A stretch of DNA of 64,000 nucleotides from Bugula neritina. Taxonomy: Eukaryota > Animalia > Bryozoa. Shown piece by piece: positions 11,565 through 26,545 of this stretch (positions are counted from its first letter, which is position 1; the number at the start of each line of letters is the position of its first letter). Position numbers and translations under genes: made by a program. The stretch lies in contig OZ037772.1 in assembly GCA_964035545.1 (NCBI GenBank), positions 3,625,538-3,689,537 on the forward strand. The letters are read 5' to 3'. The notes below the pieces were generated by a model. The model saw only the letters and a list, made by a program, of their open reading frames with translations. It made no database searches and was not told the origin of the DNA.

Positions 11565-12008
11565 GGTAACCACAGACATCAGAAGAAGCAGAAGACACTT
11601 TCTACCACCAGACGTACCTCTTTGAAGGGAAGCTCCCCGAGTAGGAATTGTCCCATCATGACCATGCGGGCCACCCAGAAGAAGAGGATATCCAGTCCAG
11701 TCTCTAGCAGAGTACCCAGGTAGTAGGCTTGCAGGTCGGGGGTGTTATCTGGCCACCCCATAGTCTAGAAAGGAAATATTCCGGAACTAAACCATGTGTC
11801 CAGCACATCCTCATTTGTATAAAAGGCAGGAAATGGAACAATGTTCAGAGTTGTCTTCTCTGACAAACTGAAACTGGGGTTAATTTACTCAAAGGAAGTG
11901 TCTAGTCCGTGAACAAAAGAAAGTAAATTATCAATAAGTAGTTAGAGAAATGTAGCTCGCTGCTTTACTATAAAGGAGAAGAGAAAGTTGGAGATGTGTA
12001 CATAATGA

Positions 12009-12270
12009 ATATATACTCAATACATACTCAATACATACTCAATAAATATTCAATACATACTCAATACATACTCAATAAATATTCAATACATACTCAATAT
12101 ATACTCAATACATACTCAATATATACTCAATATATACTCAATACATACCCAATATATACTCAATACATACTCAATATATACTCAATACATACTCAATATA
12201 TACTCAATATATACTCAATACATACTCAATGCATACTCAATACATACTCAATACATACTCAACATATACT
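12009..12270. repeat. 11-bp minisatellite, ~23 copies
   Basis: Unit ATAYATACTCA; source of the spurious ORF 11996-12364. Confidence 0.93.
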
Positions 12271-15200
12271 TGAGCTCTCAGATGAAATAGACTTACCCTG
12301 GCTAAGATTGATGACATCTGGATGTACGTTAAACTTTATTGCTGCCTTTGACAGCGCTTCATGATAGGATCTGCCAGTCACCCAGTAGTTGTTGTCACTA
12401 GACTATGTAAAATATATAGAGGTTAAGAGGTCACTAGACTATGTAAAATATATAGAGGTCGAGAGGTTACTGAACTATGATGAATAGACTATCACCGGCT
12501 TTCCATGTACCGATCTGAGCATATCTCTCAGATGGATCGTTTTTCCACGAGAGTGTCAGATGGATCTCACGGAGTTGCCTCCTCTTAAGTGAAGAGTACT
12601 TTAATAGTATAATTTGTTCACAAATCTGGATGATTAAAGCTGCCGAGGTTAAAAAACAAGATTGTTGATGTCTAAAAAATAATGGTGCTTGTAAACAATA
12701 CACAACAAAGCTTTTAGTGTAAAGTAATATAGCCAATTTAAGATAATCACTTTTAATTTTTTAGCTCAACAGCTTAAATAAAATTAATAGCTATCTTGCA
12801 GATTATTCATAAACTTACAGGATTGTTAAGCTTGAAATTACGCAGCAAATAACTAATGAAAGTAAGTTTTACTAGTCATTTAAATTCAATTTAAATGCTC
12901 CAATTTTTTGTAATTTCTACTCTAATTTTATATAATTGAGTTTTTTTAATCATGGTACTGAAAGTCAAAGTTTTGGCATCTGAAAATGTGGCTATCGTAA
13001 TTATTAAGTAATTTGCTTAGCAATTATCAATAAGTTACTGAGTATTGATATACAATTATATATTTACCAAGTGTTTACCAGATCCAACTTCACAGTCACT
13101 ATACTCAGAGTACACAACTCCCAGTAAGTTAGTATCAAGCTAATTAACCACTAACCCCCTATTCACACTTACCGTATCGTACGCCGTAACAGCAAATATC
13201 AGCCATTTTTACAAATGTCTGAGCTTCCTGTACGGTGTTGCGGTACGGTAGGTTCAAGCACTGCTTGATTCAAATAAGTTGCGGCGGACTCCTATTGGAC
13301 AGAAAAACTTTTGCGTTAATTCATTGGATATAAATGTCCAATGTAGCGTCATAGATCGTACCTAATAGCGGACTTTGAAAACTTCAACCCGCACCTTAAA
13401 CCAAAATGGAATAATAAAATTAAAGAACTTAGGCTATCTCAAGTTCTCCACTACTGCTCCTAAGTGAGAAAGTAAGAATAGTTAGAGAGATCTACTGGAG
13501 TTACTTCAACTGGCAGCAAGAGTCAGCCATTATTACGTTGCTAAGCAACAAAGCTATTAGTGACATTGATGTCTACTAACCCAACATAGTTTCCAATCTA
13601 GTTGTGGCCACAATGATCTCTTCGTCAGAGTCTTCTACTTTATATGCAAAGGAAAGGAGAACTCCGAACTCCACCTTCTCCTTGTAGCCCGGCACAGAGA
13701 GCATAGCCCTTCCTGTCAACTCTACTTTGTCTACCTGCAATCAGTGATACAACTCTCTCAGACTATACAGGTCAAAGGTTAAACTGTAGTGTGTGCTTCT
13801 GAGTCACTGCGTTCGCATTCTTTTCTATTAGTTCACATTGTGTGAAAGAAATGAATATGTGGCTGTGGTCTCATTGATGTATTCATTCGAAGATAGTCAT
13901 AATGTAATATATCAGGTAGTGTCTGATAGAATATTACTGGATATTACTATTAGGTTAGTTACCACCAACACACAAGTCTCGCAGTGAATAACCAGTTGAC
14001 GTACACACAGCCGGAAGTTAGACTGATACTGTACGATATACCTCAATATCAGAGACGGCAGAGTTGAGAGTACAGGACCAGTTGACGAGTTGGTTAGCTC
14101 TGTAGATCACACCTTTCTCGTGCATTCTGATAAACGCTTCGTTCACCGCTTTTAAAGATTTCTAATAAACAAGTATATATGAGTCATGTGTCAAGTGTGA
14201 GCTGATTGGAGACCAGGCCTCATGATAAACCAATCATAGAGAGGATAACACACTGAGTCAGTAAACAGTCGACACGACATATAGACTCCACTACTCAAAC
14301 ATAATACATGTATAGAGAGGATAACTCCTCACCTCATCCATAGTGAACGTAGTTCTGTCCCAGTCATAAGACCCGCCCACTTTCCTCAACTGATGGTAGA
14401 TTCTGTCTCCTTTTCCATAGAAATTATATAATAACACTGACCAATCGTTGTGCTGCAAAACTTAGTTATATTAGCAACTTAAATAATGAGACCAATGATA
14501 GAGTGTGATGAAGTAAACCTATATTTAACTTTTTGTATATTCAATTATATATAAGAATTTTAACATATTAACGCTATTATATTATCTTATATCAAACTGT
14601 AGCAACTGCACACCAATAAGATAAAATAAAAACTCAAACCCGAATACTAAGTCGCTATGAAATGCATTTTCAAGATAAAATATTCCCTTACTGGTTTTTC
14701 CAGTCCCACACTCGTCTCACTAACTCATCTCGTCCCAAATCGTGTCGAGTTTTATTCTCTTCTCTAGCGAGTTTTTTCTCGACGACCACTTGTGTGGCTA
14801 TTCCTGCGTGGTCACATCCGGGTACAAACAGTGTCACCTTCCCATTCATCCGGTGCCTGACAATATAACAGAACTGACACCTGCAGACACCTGATAATGC
14901 AAGCATATCAGACACCTGCAGATATTCTGGAAAGGTGCTGAGAGAAATATCTGTGGTTGAAACAACATCAATATAATAAATGACTGACTTACGCCAACCG
15001 GTACTTAACACAAATTTTATAAGCATTCAAAAAAGAATCAACAGGGGGATGTTCATAGCCTGTCTGTGGAATATGTCAGAGTGAGTTGGCAAGATGCCAA
15101 AATGTCATGTAGTCACCACCAGAGGAATGGTGTCTACTGTTACATGCTATAAGCTACATACACCACCAGTTTAGTGACTAGGTAAGTACGGAGTTGTCTC

Positions 15201-15637
15201 ATCTATATGAATGAACATCTCACCACCAAACTATCGCATCCTCAACCGCCCCCGTGAGGGCCTGTCCTAGGTGAAGAGTCCCGGTCACGTTAGGGGGAGG
15301 GATCATGATGATAAACTTCTCTTCAGGTGTGAGTTTCAGTACATCTCTACCTGTTACAAAGCAACCAATCACATCTCTCTCGGTTACAAAGTAAAAAGCA
15401 ACTAATCACACTACCTGTTACAACAGAGTAACAAATCACACATCTACGTGTTAGAAGTAACCAATCACACGTTATAGACTTTACTATGATGAGAAGTGTA
15501 CCTTTGAGATTATACTCAGGTTTGAAGAATCCTTCCTTCTCCCACCAAGAGTACCAGGCAGCTTCCACATAGGACGGGGAGTAAGAATCAGGCATGGGAC
15601 ACGTCGTGTCTAGAATAACAGAAAACTATAAAGTATA

Positions 15638-15991
15638 GGGGAGCAGCTGTGGTCTAGGGGTTAGAGCGTTTGTCTAGTGAATATGAAGCCATTGTTTGAC
15701 AAAGGCCATTGGTGACGTTAAGAAGAGCATCCAGTCATAATTGCTCCTGTGCCTCATCTAAATAAGTCCTTAGCCTGTTTTAACAAAAATCCCTTTCCAC
15801 CAGGAGTCTCTCCCAAGGATGGTGACTATACACTGATATCTAGATATACTAAGTTGAGACTTGTCTTCTACTGGTCCATACAGTTCAAATATGATGAACA
15901 CATGTATAAATACAATAATCTATCCATAGCCCATAGTCTAACCACCAACAAGAACGAATAAATAAGACTGTGGCCTGACACTACTACTACA
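15638..15991 (+). mobile_element. Degenerate tRNA-derived SINE in VARS intron
   Basis: tRNA-like head GGGGAGCAGCTGTGGTCTAGGGGTTAGAGCG (A box), a central TGGTGACGTTAAGAAGAGCATCCAGTCATAA resembling the MetaSINE core, and a (CTA)n tail. Confidence 0.55.
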
Positions 15992-17182
15992 ACTTATATA
16001 ACTTATACACAGCAGACTGTTAGGAGTATTTGAATCTGAGGCTATCCAATGTATGAGTAGGGCAGCCCTAAATGTAGGATATTGGAATACCATGTCTTAT
16101 TACTTCAGTCTAAAGCAGTGTTTATACCTTCACGATGTTCAGTCAGAAATTCAATTTTGATGAGTTGCATTTCATTGTAAAAGCCAATCATCAAAATTTT
16201 TGCTTTGTACATGCCTAATCAAATAATTTTAGAGTAACAATCAAAGGGAATGATAACTCCTTTAGATATGGGGTATTCATGTTTATAATTACACCGGCTG
16301 TCTTTTTCAATTATCACTTTTATGCTGTCAACTTAATTTATTACGTTTTCAAAGGGCATCAAATAGTGATTAAGCGAGTTATATTTGAGTATTACAGAGT
16401 GAGCTTCCTTATTAATATGATTTCAACAACTTTAAGTAAGACTGCTTACACACATAACTGTGTGTTCACTAGCGAGCAGTGTACACTGATAAATCAGTGC
16501 TTCAACTGAAACTTGTAAGTAAAGGAATGAAGAGCTCAATTGAGTATAAAATGTAGAGAATAATTGAACTGAACCTTTCTTATGGCCAACTGGTGTGTCA
16601 TCGACATACGTTACTACAGCCTTCTCCTTTTTCTCTTTCACTTTTTTCTAGAAAAAAAAATAATCAAATTTGAAGAAAATAAAATGGAAATTGTTAGCTA
16701 CAGATACAGACAACTTCCAGGTAAAAGTACAGCCATACAGTCCCAATACGAATATGTAATTCAAGTAACACTTTCATGTAGAAGTACAACCATAAATATG
16801 AATAGAAAGTAACACAAATATATACATTTAGGAGCAGTAGTGTAGAAATCGAGATAGCCTAGGTTCTTTAATTTTATTATCAAATTTTGGTTTGGGGCTT
16901 GGGTTGAAATTCTTACAAAAACACAACTTCTTATGCTACATTTCTAATCTAGAACACAGGCTTTCTCAATTTCTCCATTACTGCACCTACCTTAGTATAT
17001 ATAGAACCTGTAACTAACTAAACAGACACCTCGGTAGTCGTGGCAGACTCTGCCTTCTGTTTAGCCTGCTTAGCTTGAAACTTGGCTAGTTTAGCAGCTT
17101 TAGCAGCTTCTTTCTATAACTCTTTCTCAGATTTCACCTTGACCTCGCCAGTTGGCGCATCACCAGGGTTCACTTCCGACAT

Positions 17183-17480
17183 GTTCGTTTATTGTGAGAC
17201 TTTCCTTAAAACACAATCAGCCGGCATGGAACTAATAGATATCTCAATACTAAACATACAAACTATTGACCCAGTATAGTTATAGACAGATATCTTAATA
17301 CTAATAATATAAACTAATAGCTCAGTATTGCGTTAGTTATGCGTGGGGGTTCAGTGATAACACGCCTATAAACCACACAGTTCAATAATGAAAGACTGTG
17401 ACTTTTCACGAACAGACATCTCATCTCTGATTCTAATGAAAAATCACGAAATTTTCAAACAAACGATACTGCATTTCAAC
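17183..17480 (-). promoter_or_regulatory. Probable retained VARS promoter/5' UTR region
   Basis: CpG-containing patch directly upstream of the VARS ATG (17182) in an otherwise CpG-poor background; deleted in block B. Confidence 0.4.
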
Positions 17481-18166
17481 TTTGTGACTATCACATGATA
17501 ATAATCATTGTCATTTGAAAGATTCTGCTAAAATCGAAATGCCAATGTTAATCACAAGGTCAACCATAAATGACTCAGTCTGATGACTGACGGTTATGCT
17601 TAATGATTAATTAGTAATATGAATAGATTGCAAGTCATCAGCATGATGATGGTGATTATTGCTTTTCACCATCAAAGGTCAAACTTTGTAATTGCAGCTT
17701 GAAATGTAAAATTAAATAATATTACTTTTATTTAATTATACAAGTATAACTTACCATCATAACAACATTCAACTTTATGTAGTCATTATAAACATGATAA
17801 TGGTTTACCTTTTACTTTAGGTGATCATTATACTATTCACGATTATCATTATGTCTACCATTATGATTATCTCAACTTTAACCTATCAATTACGATAATT
17901 AACCATTTATTTTTTAATGATAAAAACTTAAATCATTGAATGAACACTAAAAGTAATTTAAATTCACACTTTTATTATCATAACTATCAAATTAATATTA
18001 TAAGGCATATTTGATTTTTAGATTACAATAATAATTATCAAATCATGGTATAGAATTAAATATTATAGTTAATATTATTATAAATATAATTAATATAATT
18101 GTATTTATTGAAACTAAAATAGTAAGGTAAACTAAATGAATTATCGACATGAGTATGAGTATGAGT

Positions 18167-18680
18167 AGGCCACAACTAGAAGGTGCAGCAGCAATTTGAG
18201 ATCCCCGTTTGCAATACCTCATCAAAGATATAGAACAGGTGCAAAATAATGCAATCAGATTCATTGCTAAATTGAAAGGCAGAGACAGTATCACTGTGGC
18301 ACGTGACAAACTAAACCTAGAAACTCTCCCCGACAGACGCTTCAAGCTGAGGCACAAGTTACTGTTGCGACTTCTATCTAATGAGGGAAATCAGGCATCT
18401 CTAACCAACTCCTATGAACTGATGAACAGTAAAACCTAAAATACTAGGTTTACTAAGGCATCAAGCAGGGACGATCCCCCAACCATTTTTGCAAAATCAG
18501 CAGCCTACTACAGCAGCTTCTTTCCAAAAACAGCCCGAGAGCTTAAGTCTATGCTAAATAATTAGTCAATACACCAGAGTTGTATATGTGCAACATACTG
18601 AAAATACTTGCTAGCCTGTAATCGGCAACTGTAGAGGCGTGCCTCTTGCTACATGCTCTAATGCGTGTAAGAGGTAAGAG
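18167..18680 (+). mobile_element. 3' fragment of a CR1/L2-group LINE
   Basis: RPQLEGAAAI*DPRLQYLIKDIEQVQNNAIRFI...LETLPDRR...SSFFPKTAREL matches the post-RT C-terminus (RPxLEY..VWDP...IExVQ...FFPRT). It has in-frame stops and a (GTAAGAG)n tail. Confidence 0.8.
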
Positions 18681-19892
18681 GACTATCAATATGACTATCA
18701 ATATTAGTAGGAGTACCCAAGTACCAGTAGACATAGTAGCTGTAGAAAGTCTATCTCAATCAGTAACTGTAAGCCGTGAGGGCTGAGACTATAACTAGGA
18801 ATATAAAAAACTATAACTTGAGTATAACTAATTGAAGGTGAGTTAACATAAATTAAAAAATAATAAATATAATTACTACAAAATCAAAATGAAATATGCA
18901 TTATAAATATTTATATTTTTATTTTATAATAATCTTTTAATTTATTTATATCATTTTATTTAGGTTCATCACCTTTCATTATGATTAATGAAATTGATAA
19001 ATCATATTCATAACGATAATGATGATCACTTAAAAAAAATTGATAAACCCATAATCATAACCATAATGATTATATTTATTATTATCATTTATCGCTTATC
19101 AGTTATCAGTGATAATCATAATCATAATGATAATGATAATCTTGATCATAATCAATATGAATATCAATATCATGTTATACTTATTCAATAATTATAATTG
19201 ATTGATTCTTATTCATATTAATAATGAATAAAAAATTATATTAACACTACAACTTACTTAATTAGAGTATTACATTTAGTGATTTACTATTACTATTACT
19301 ATCGGTATTATCACTATTACTATTACTATTAGTATTACTTACAACTTGCTTATGCAAGGGAATTAAATCTTTAAAGCGTAGCATCCTTTTCAAGCAAAAT
19401 AAGGATAATAAGTTTCGTCAAATTGAGTTAAAAACTACAACTTATAAGTCACAAGTATAAAGCAACTTATGCTCAGTCATCACTAATCCTAGTGGGTACG
19501 GCAAGTATATAGCATAATTTATTTCACAATGCGACAAGATTATCTAGACGGTGCGCTTACGCCTCTCATTGTACTTAAGCAATATCCAATTGTACGGTTT
19601 TTATGACTTTAAAACCCGTTTTTGAGAAGCAAGGCTCAGTGTGGTATATTTAAGAGTGTTGCCATTAGCAAATCTTACGGAATCATATGGGCGCCATTAT
19701 GCCGAGATTGGTACCGCGAGTTTATATAAGTTAAAAAAGGAAAAATTTTGCCACTTTTGTTATTTTATTTTTTTTTATTTTATGTGTACATTTTTTTTTA
19801 ATTTTTTTTATTGGTAAAGTTTTTAAACACATTTTTAATGCACATAAAATTAAAAGAAAAATTAAAACTCAATCATGCACATAAATACAAAG

Positions 19893-21457
<1,565 letters not shown>

Positions 21458-21459
<2 letters not shown>

Positions 21460-24400
21460 GCGGTAAGCTTCCAGGTTATTTATTACATTTGAGCAAAGGT
21501 TTGCATGCTTTTCAACTGTTTTATCAGCATTTTATCCAATTTCTTATACGAAAACACTACAAAAATGTAAGTAAAAGTGGTCATATTAGGTGTCTTGGAC
21601 TTGCCCAGACTTGCCCGCGAGCGTGCCCTCCGTGTCCTATTCTGACGTGGGGATGGCAAAATAGCCCTATTGTAGCGTGAGTTTATATCGCGTAAAGTTA
21701 TTAAGAAGCGGGTTTGTCACAGATTCTCGTTATTCGTAGTTCAAATCACATGAATGTTACTCTTCGGGCGGCTACTAATAACTAACGTTAGCTACGCAAC
21801 ATCAAGAAAGGTAACTAATTTGACTGTTTTCAAATGGACTATTCCATTTCGCTAGTTTGTAACTTGCTGTAAATCACAAAATAATTATTTTCCCTATTTT
21901 AATTTCAATTATCATGTCGACCACACTACCAGAAAATTACTCTTAAATATGCAGTAAATGATGATTTTCAACCGTTTTGTGATGAATTATAGGTTAGTAG
22001 TTGTCTACGTAAAACCAAGTTTTAAAATTTGTAACTGAATCAGTGAAACTGAATCACAGTATCAGTATGACTATGAGTATCACTAGTCTATCACTATGTC
22101 TATGACTCTCACTCTAACTCTAAGTCTATGACTGTCGCCTATTGGTGAACTATTATTAATAATATTTAATGGTTATATTTATTAATACTATTATCAGTCA
22201 TAATGATAATCATATGACAGTATCAGTATGTTAATGTTACGGAGCAGAATCAGTTTCGAAACTAATACTTATAATATTAGTTATAACTATAAGTATAAGT
22301 TATACCAATAGCTATATTTATATTAATATAAATATTTATATTCATAGTAATACTAATAACAAATGTAAAATTATTATGGTAATAGTTATACTTGTAAGTT
22401 ATAATATAAAACAAACGACACAAGTATTAATTTGAACTGCTGGTCTTAAAATAAAAAGTAAAATAAATAATAATATAAATAATAAAATATAAATTATAAT
22501 AATTTAATTATACTAATACTAATAGCAATACTTATACAGCAATATAATTATAATAAATTTATAAAACTTAAACAACTTTAAATTTAAGGAACAACTTTAA
22601 ATACAAACAAAGATAATATTAAATAGTTATAATCATAATGATCATAACAATAAATATAATTATGATTCCAATAATTATCAATATATTATATAATATTTAA
22701 ATTATTTTAATTTATAATTATAATCATAAATTTTATAGTTATAGTGAATAAATTCAATTTGACATAACTATAATATTATAAAGCAGTCAGCCTATCTCTA
22801 ATGCTGATTGAAATTCAGATTGTTATAAAATAATCACAATCATAATGCTCAAGTTAATAGATTGGAAATTATTGAAAATTATGTTGATGCCAATATAAAT
22901 ATGACATTGTATGCATCCAAGTAGTGATGTTGTAATATATCTTGGAAGATAATTACATTATAATAAGAGTTAAATTCCTCTAAGTAACTTTTTTGCAATT
23001 ATTCCTTAGAATAACTATAACTTATACTCCTAACATTTAATAGCGCATTAGTTTTAGATTGAGCTACTAATTGTATTTATTGCATGTGAAAGTTAGTTAT
23101 TCTCCGCCAGCTGCATGAATGTGACTGGTAAATTTTGTAACCTTTGGCAGTAATAACTTTGTAGCATAAATTAGACACATTTTTATGAAAATACATAATT
23201 TTAATGCTATAGCTGCTAGTAATTCTAATGGGTGTAATAATATTACTTTCACTAGCATTAATTTTTACTTTGTTCATGCTTCATAAAGCATTTTCTAAAT
23301 TCTTTTTTGAATAAATATACATATAATGTGCTGAATAAATTACATATGTTGGGGTTCTTCCTATACTGCAGCTCAGCCTACACTCCCCGCCACAAATGTT
23401 CCTAAACTACTAGCTTCACCAGGATACAGATTGATGGAGCTGTATTGATAAAAACTTCTCTTTTTAGCAGTAGAGGCATCATGAAAAAAAGGCAAGTATT
23501 TTACTCAATAAGAATTCGGTTTTTTACTTCTACAAATTTGATAGCCTACACGATTCTATTTAAATGGAAACTGGTCTGACATAATGTGTCTACAATTTAT
23601 TAGTTATAATATAGTAAATACTATGCAGGCCTATAGATCAAATGGCTCAAAAAAAATTAAATAAAACATTACACAATGCTGTATTTATTAGCAATGTAAT
23701 ACTTAGCAACTAATTTCACATTATTATTGTTTGCAAAGTTTCATACATCTACATATGTTTGTTCAATTCAGTGTTCTGAAGTAGAAGGTTCCAACAGCAG
23801 GGAAAAGCCTTGAACAAGATATTATGTTCTACATCTCCAACTCATTTTAACTTTGCTGGTCAGTTCATTGTGTATCTGGAGCATAGTTTTGTATTTTCAA
23901 GTAGTCCATCAGATACCTTTGTAGATAGTAAAGATTAAAATGCTTGTGCAATGATGTCCATAATGTTGAACCGATTTATTGAAACTAAAACTGTTCTTAA
24001 TTATAACAAAACTTGACAATCTTTACATAAAGAATAATGTCCTATAATCTATCTTCATTGTAAACAAAATTAGAACGTTCCACACCAGCAAATTGTTTAT
24101 AATCATCTGTAGGTGGAAGACGCGTGCACTCAGTTATAAAGGCAAGCTGACAGTGGTTTTCTTTGCCTTCTATGAAGATTTGGAAAGAGCCAGAAAATTA
24201 ATACTCTATAACTGCAAAACCATGTTGTAGTGTCTTGTGTTATTGATTGAATCATCTAAAAGAAAAATTGTTGTATCATTATAATTTTACTGTTAATGAA
24301 TTAGCAAATCTACTTATCTTGGTAAATATATTCAAGAACAAATACTATAGTGTAACTCAGTTTTGGTTATGTGTATGCTCCTTAAGCGAATTTACAGCAG

Positions 24401-26541
24401 ATATCAAACTATATATTAGAGACTGATATAGGAATTAAATTTAAGCTAACCATGATGATGTAAATAGCTGTTGTATGTGACTTCGAGAACTCTGCTGGCC
24501 ATGTCAGTTCAAATACACCAGGGTGATCTGTTACGAATTTCATGTCATTATTGAAATTCAGCTTTTTCAAGTGCCTCTTCACAACTCTGGCAGCATTCTG
24601 ACTGCTCCTTAGCTTTCTGCGCCTGAAATTTCTTCTACTTGCACCATTCTTCTATTGGTGGAATGTTAGCCTATAACAAACAGGTGTACCAAAGCTAAAA
24701 AAATATCTAATTCACTGCACTAGGATATTATTCAACTCATTTAAATTTAATATATAGCAGTAAAACAATCACATAATTGTTTTTATTTTATCAGCTTTAC
24801 TTTACAAAGCTGAACCATATAATTTAGTAACTTGTCACCATAATAAACTTTGTACAACATACAAATTGAAAACCTGATGTGATTGCTTTTTTAATAGAAT
24901 ATACATCAAAAACATGTTACTTTGATAAGCGTGTTTATAATAAAAGTATTAAACCAGTTTGAAAAAATTATTTTGTTATATAAGGGATCACAAAACTACA
25001 TCATTTTAGACCTGTAGCTCAATGTTCCTCAAGCAACGGGCTGCTATGACTAATTAATTTTCTATCATTGCATTTGATTGTTCTACTCATAGTGTATTGG
25101 CAAATTAAAATTATTGGTAATTTAATGTATATTTTAGCTACCTCTGTACAATCAATGTCATAGTAATATCAATTAGGTTTTAAATTTCACTGAGTTTATA
25201 GTAAATTACTGCAACCGTTACATAACATTTGGCTAGTTCTCTAGTTCATTAAATAACCATACGAACTTAAATTTACAACATGACAAAACACACAAAGCAA
25301 AATTAAAATAAGCATATTATGAACCAATGTAAATGATAAGCGATAATGCTGTTATAAAACATAAATTATCAAATTGAAATAGTTATTATTACTATTAGTA
25401 TTACTATCATTATAACAACTATAACTATTATTAGTATTACTATTAGTATTAGCAAATTAGTAGTAAAAAATGAGTAGAGCTCAACATATACAATCTAGCT
25501 TACTATAAAAGTAGAAGTAGAACTTTTAAAACTATCATCTGCATCATTATCAGAACTATGAGTAATACTAGTAGTTGTACTAATAGTAATACTAATTATT
25601 AATACTAATACTAGTAATAGTATCACTATGAGTATGAGACTTGGGCTGGCAGTGATTATCACTATCAGTATCACTTATCAGCATCGTCATAGTCAAAAGT
25701 TACAAGAATTAGAAGCCATATTCATAGTAATAGTCAATCATTGATTGAGTAAATGTCATAGTGATACTCATACTCATAATTAATTTATACGATACTCATA
25801 CTCATAGTGATAGTGATACTTCACCGTGAATTTAATAATAATTTTAATTTAATATAAATATCATTATAATTTATTATCATTGTTGCTAATATTATGTCTT
25901 ACTCTTAGTCTAACAGCAGCTCTATGAAGAAGTTAAACATAACTGATAACAAAACAAATTTAAAAAATAATACTGCAACAATCAATATAATGTATATCAA
26001 TATGCTAGCAACCTAATTTTCAGCTCACTTCATTAACTTTCCGTGCAGTATTGTGAATTGTGATGAAATAAATTTATTAATGGTGACCTTGACATCTTCG
26101 TCCAAATGCCTTTCACGTCAAGCCCCGAACCAATTTGTAAAAATTTTGGATTTTTTACTTTTGATTATTTTTTACGAAAAGAGCTTCAAAATAAATTTAA
26201 AAAAAAGTGAGCTGTTGTCCACATGAAAAGAAATATATGAGCTAATTTTCTAAATTCAGGAAGTTACCAGAGGGTCACAATATTTTTTTAAAAAAAATCT
26301 TTATTTTCACGACAAGCTCTATATATTAATATAGAAAAAAAGAAGACAACTCTTTTTTCAGATTTTTCATGTGCCACGGTCACGTCAATATCAGTGCTAT
26401 TAACATATATATTTTAATTCATTTTTTCTAGTATATTGAGTTGAGATTTTTTGTATATATTTTGTGAATGCTATTAAAAAAGTATGATCTTTTAATTAAC
26501 AGTAATTGATTTTATCAAAATAACCTGGATGCTTACGATGT
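21458..26541. mobile_element. ~5.1-kb TIR DNA element, unit 1 of a head-to-tail dimer (possibly Kolobok-like; unclassified)
   Basis: Starts TTAT|AGGCGGTAAGCTTCCAGGTTATTT and ends AAATAACCTGGATGCTTACGATGT|TTAT. Decayed exon-like pieces on the minus strand (~24452-24670, ~23780-24255); no recognisable intact transposase. Confidence 0.72.
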
Positions 26542-26545
26542 TTAT

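Larger units (their letters stand above)
11618..17182 (-). pseudogene. VARS1: Cytoplasmic valyl-tRNA synthetase unprocessed pseudogene, copy A
   Basis: Exons: 17182-17030 (MSEVNPG...KSEKEL*KEAAK, stop at 17114-17116), 16647-16575, 15609-15502 ([28 protein letters not shown]), 15350-15224 ([15 protein letters not shown]; HIGH-motif His changed to Gln), 14856-14692 ([16 protein letters not shown]), 14414-14333 (acceptor AG->GG), 14161-14042, 13734-13581 ([10 protein letters not shown]), 12402-12297, 11814-11618 (DVLDTWFSSGIFPF*TMGWP...[14 protein letters not shown]; acceptor AG->AA). Middle exons are deleted and the KMSKS/anticodon-binding exons are absent. Confidence 0.93.
1674..19636 (+). repeat. 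Segmental duplication block A (paralogous to 32688-50187)
   Basis: Collinear high identity: 1674 TCATCCTACTAGTAATG = 32688, through the TRIM gene, inverted exon, minisatellites, VARS exons and LINE remnant, ending at TTTGAGAAGCAAGGCT (19636 = 50187). Confidence 0.93.

Noticed and set aside
9641-11814. In-frame VARS-TRIM fusion protein
   Set aside because: Splice phases are incompatible and VARS carries upstream nonsense codons.
15638-15720. tRNA gene
   Set aside because: Only the 5' half/A box is tRNA-like. There is no T-arm or acceptor stem, and it continues into a SINE-like body.
23077-24670. Transposase gene inside the 5-kb element
   Set aside because: Exon-like pieces contain stops in all frames and I could not recognise a DDE, THAP or other motif.
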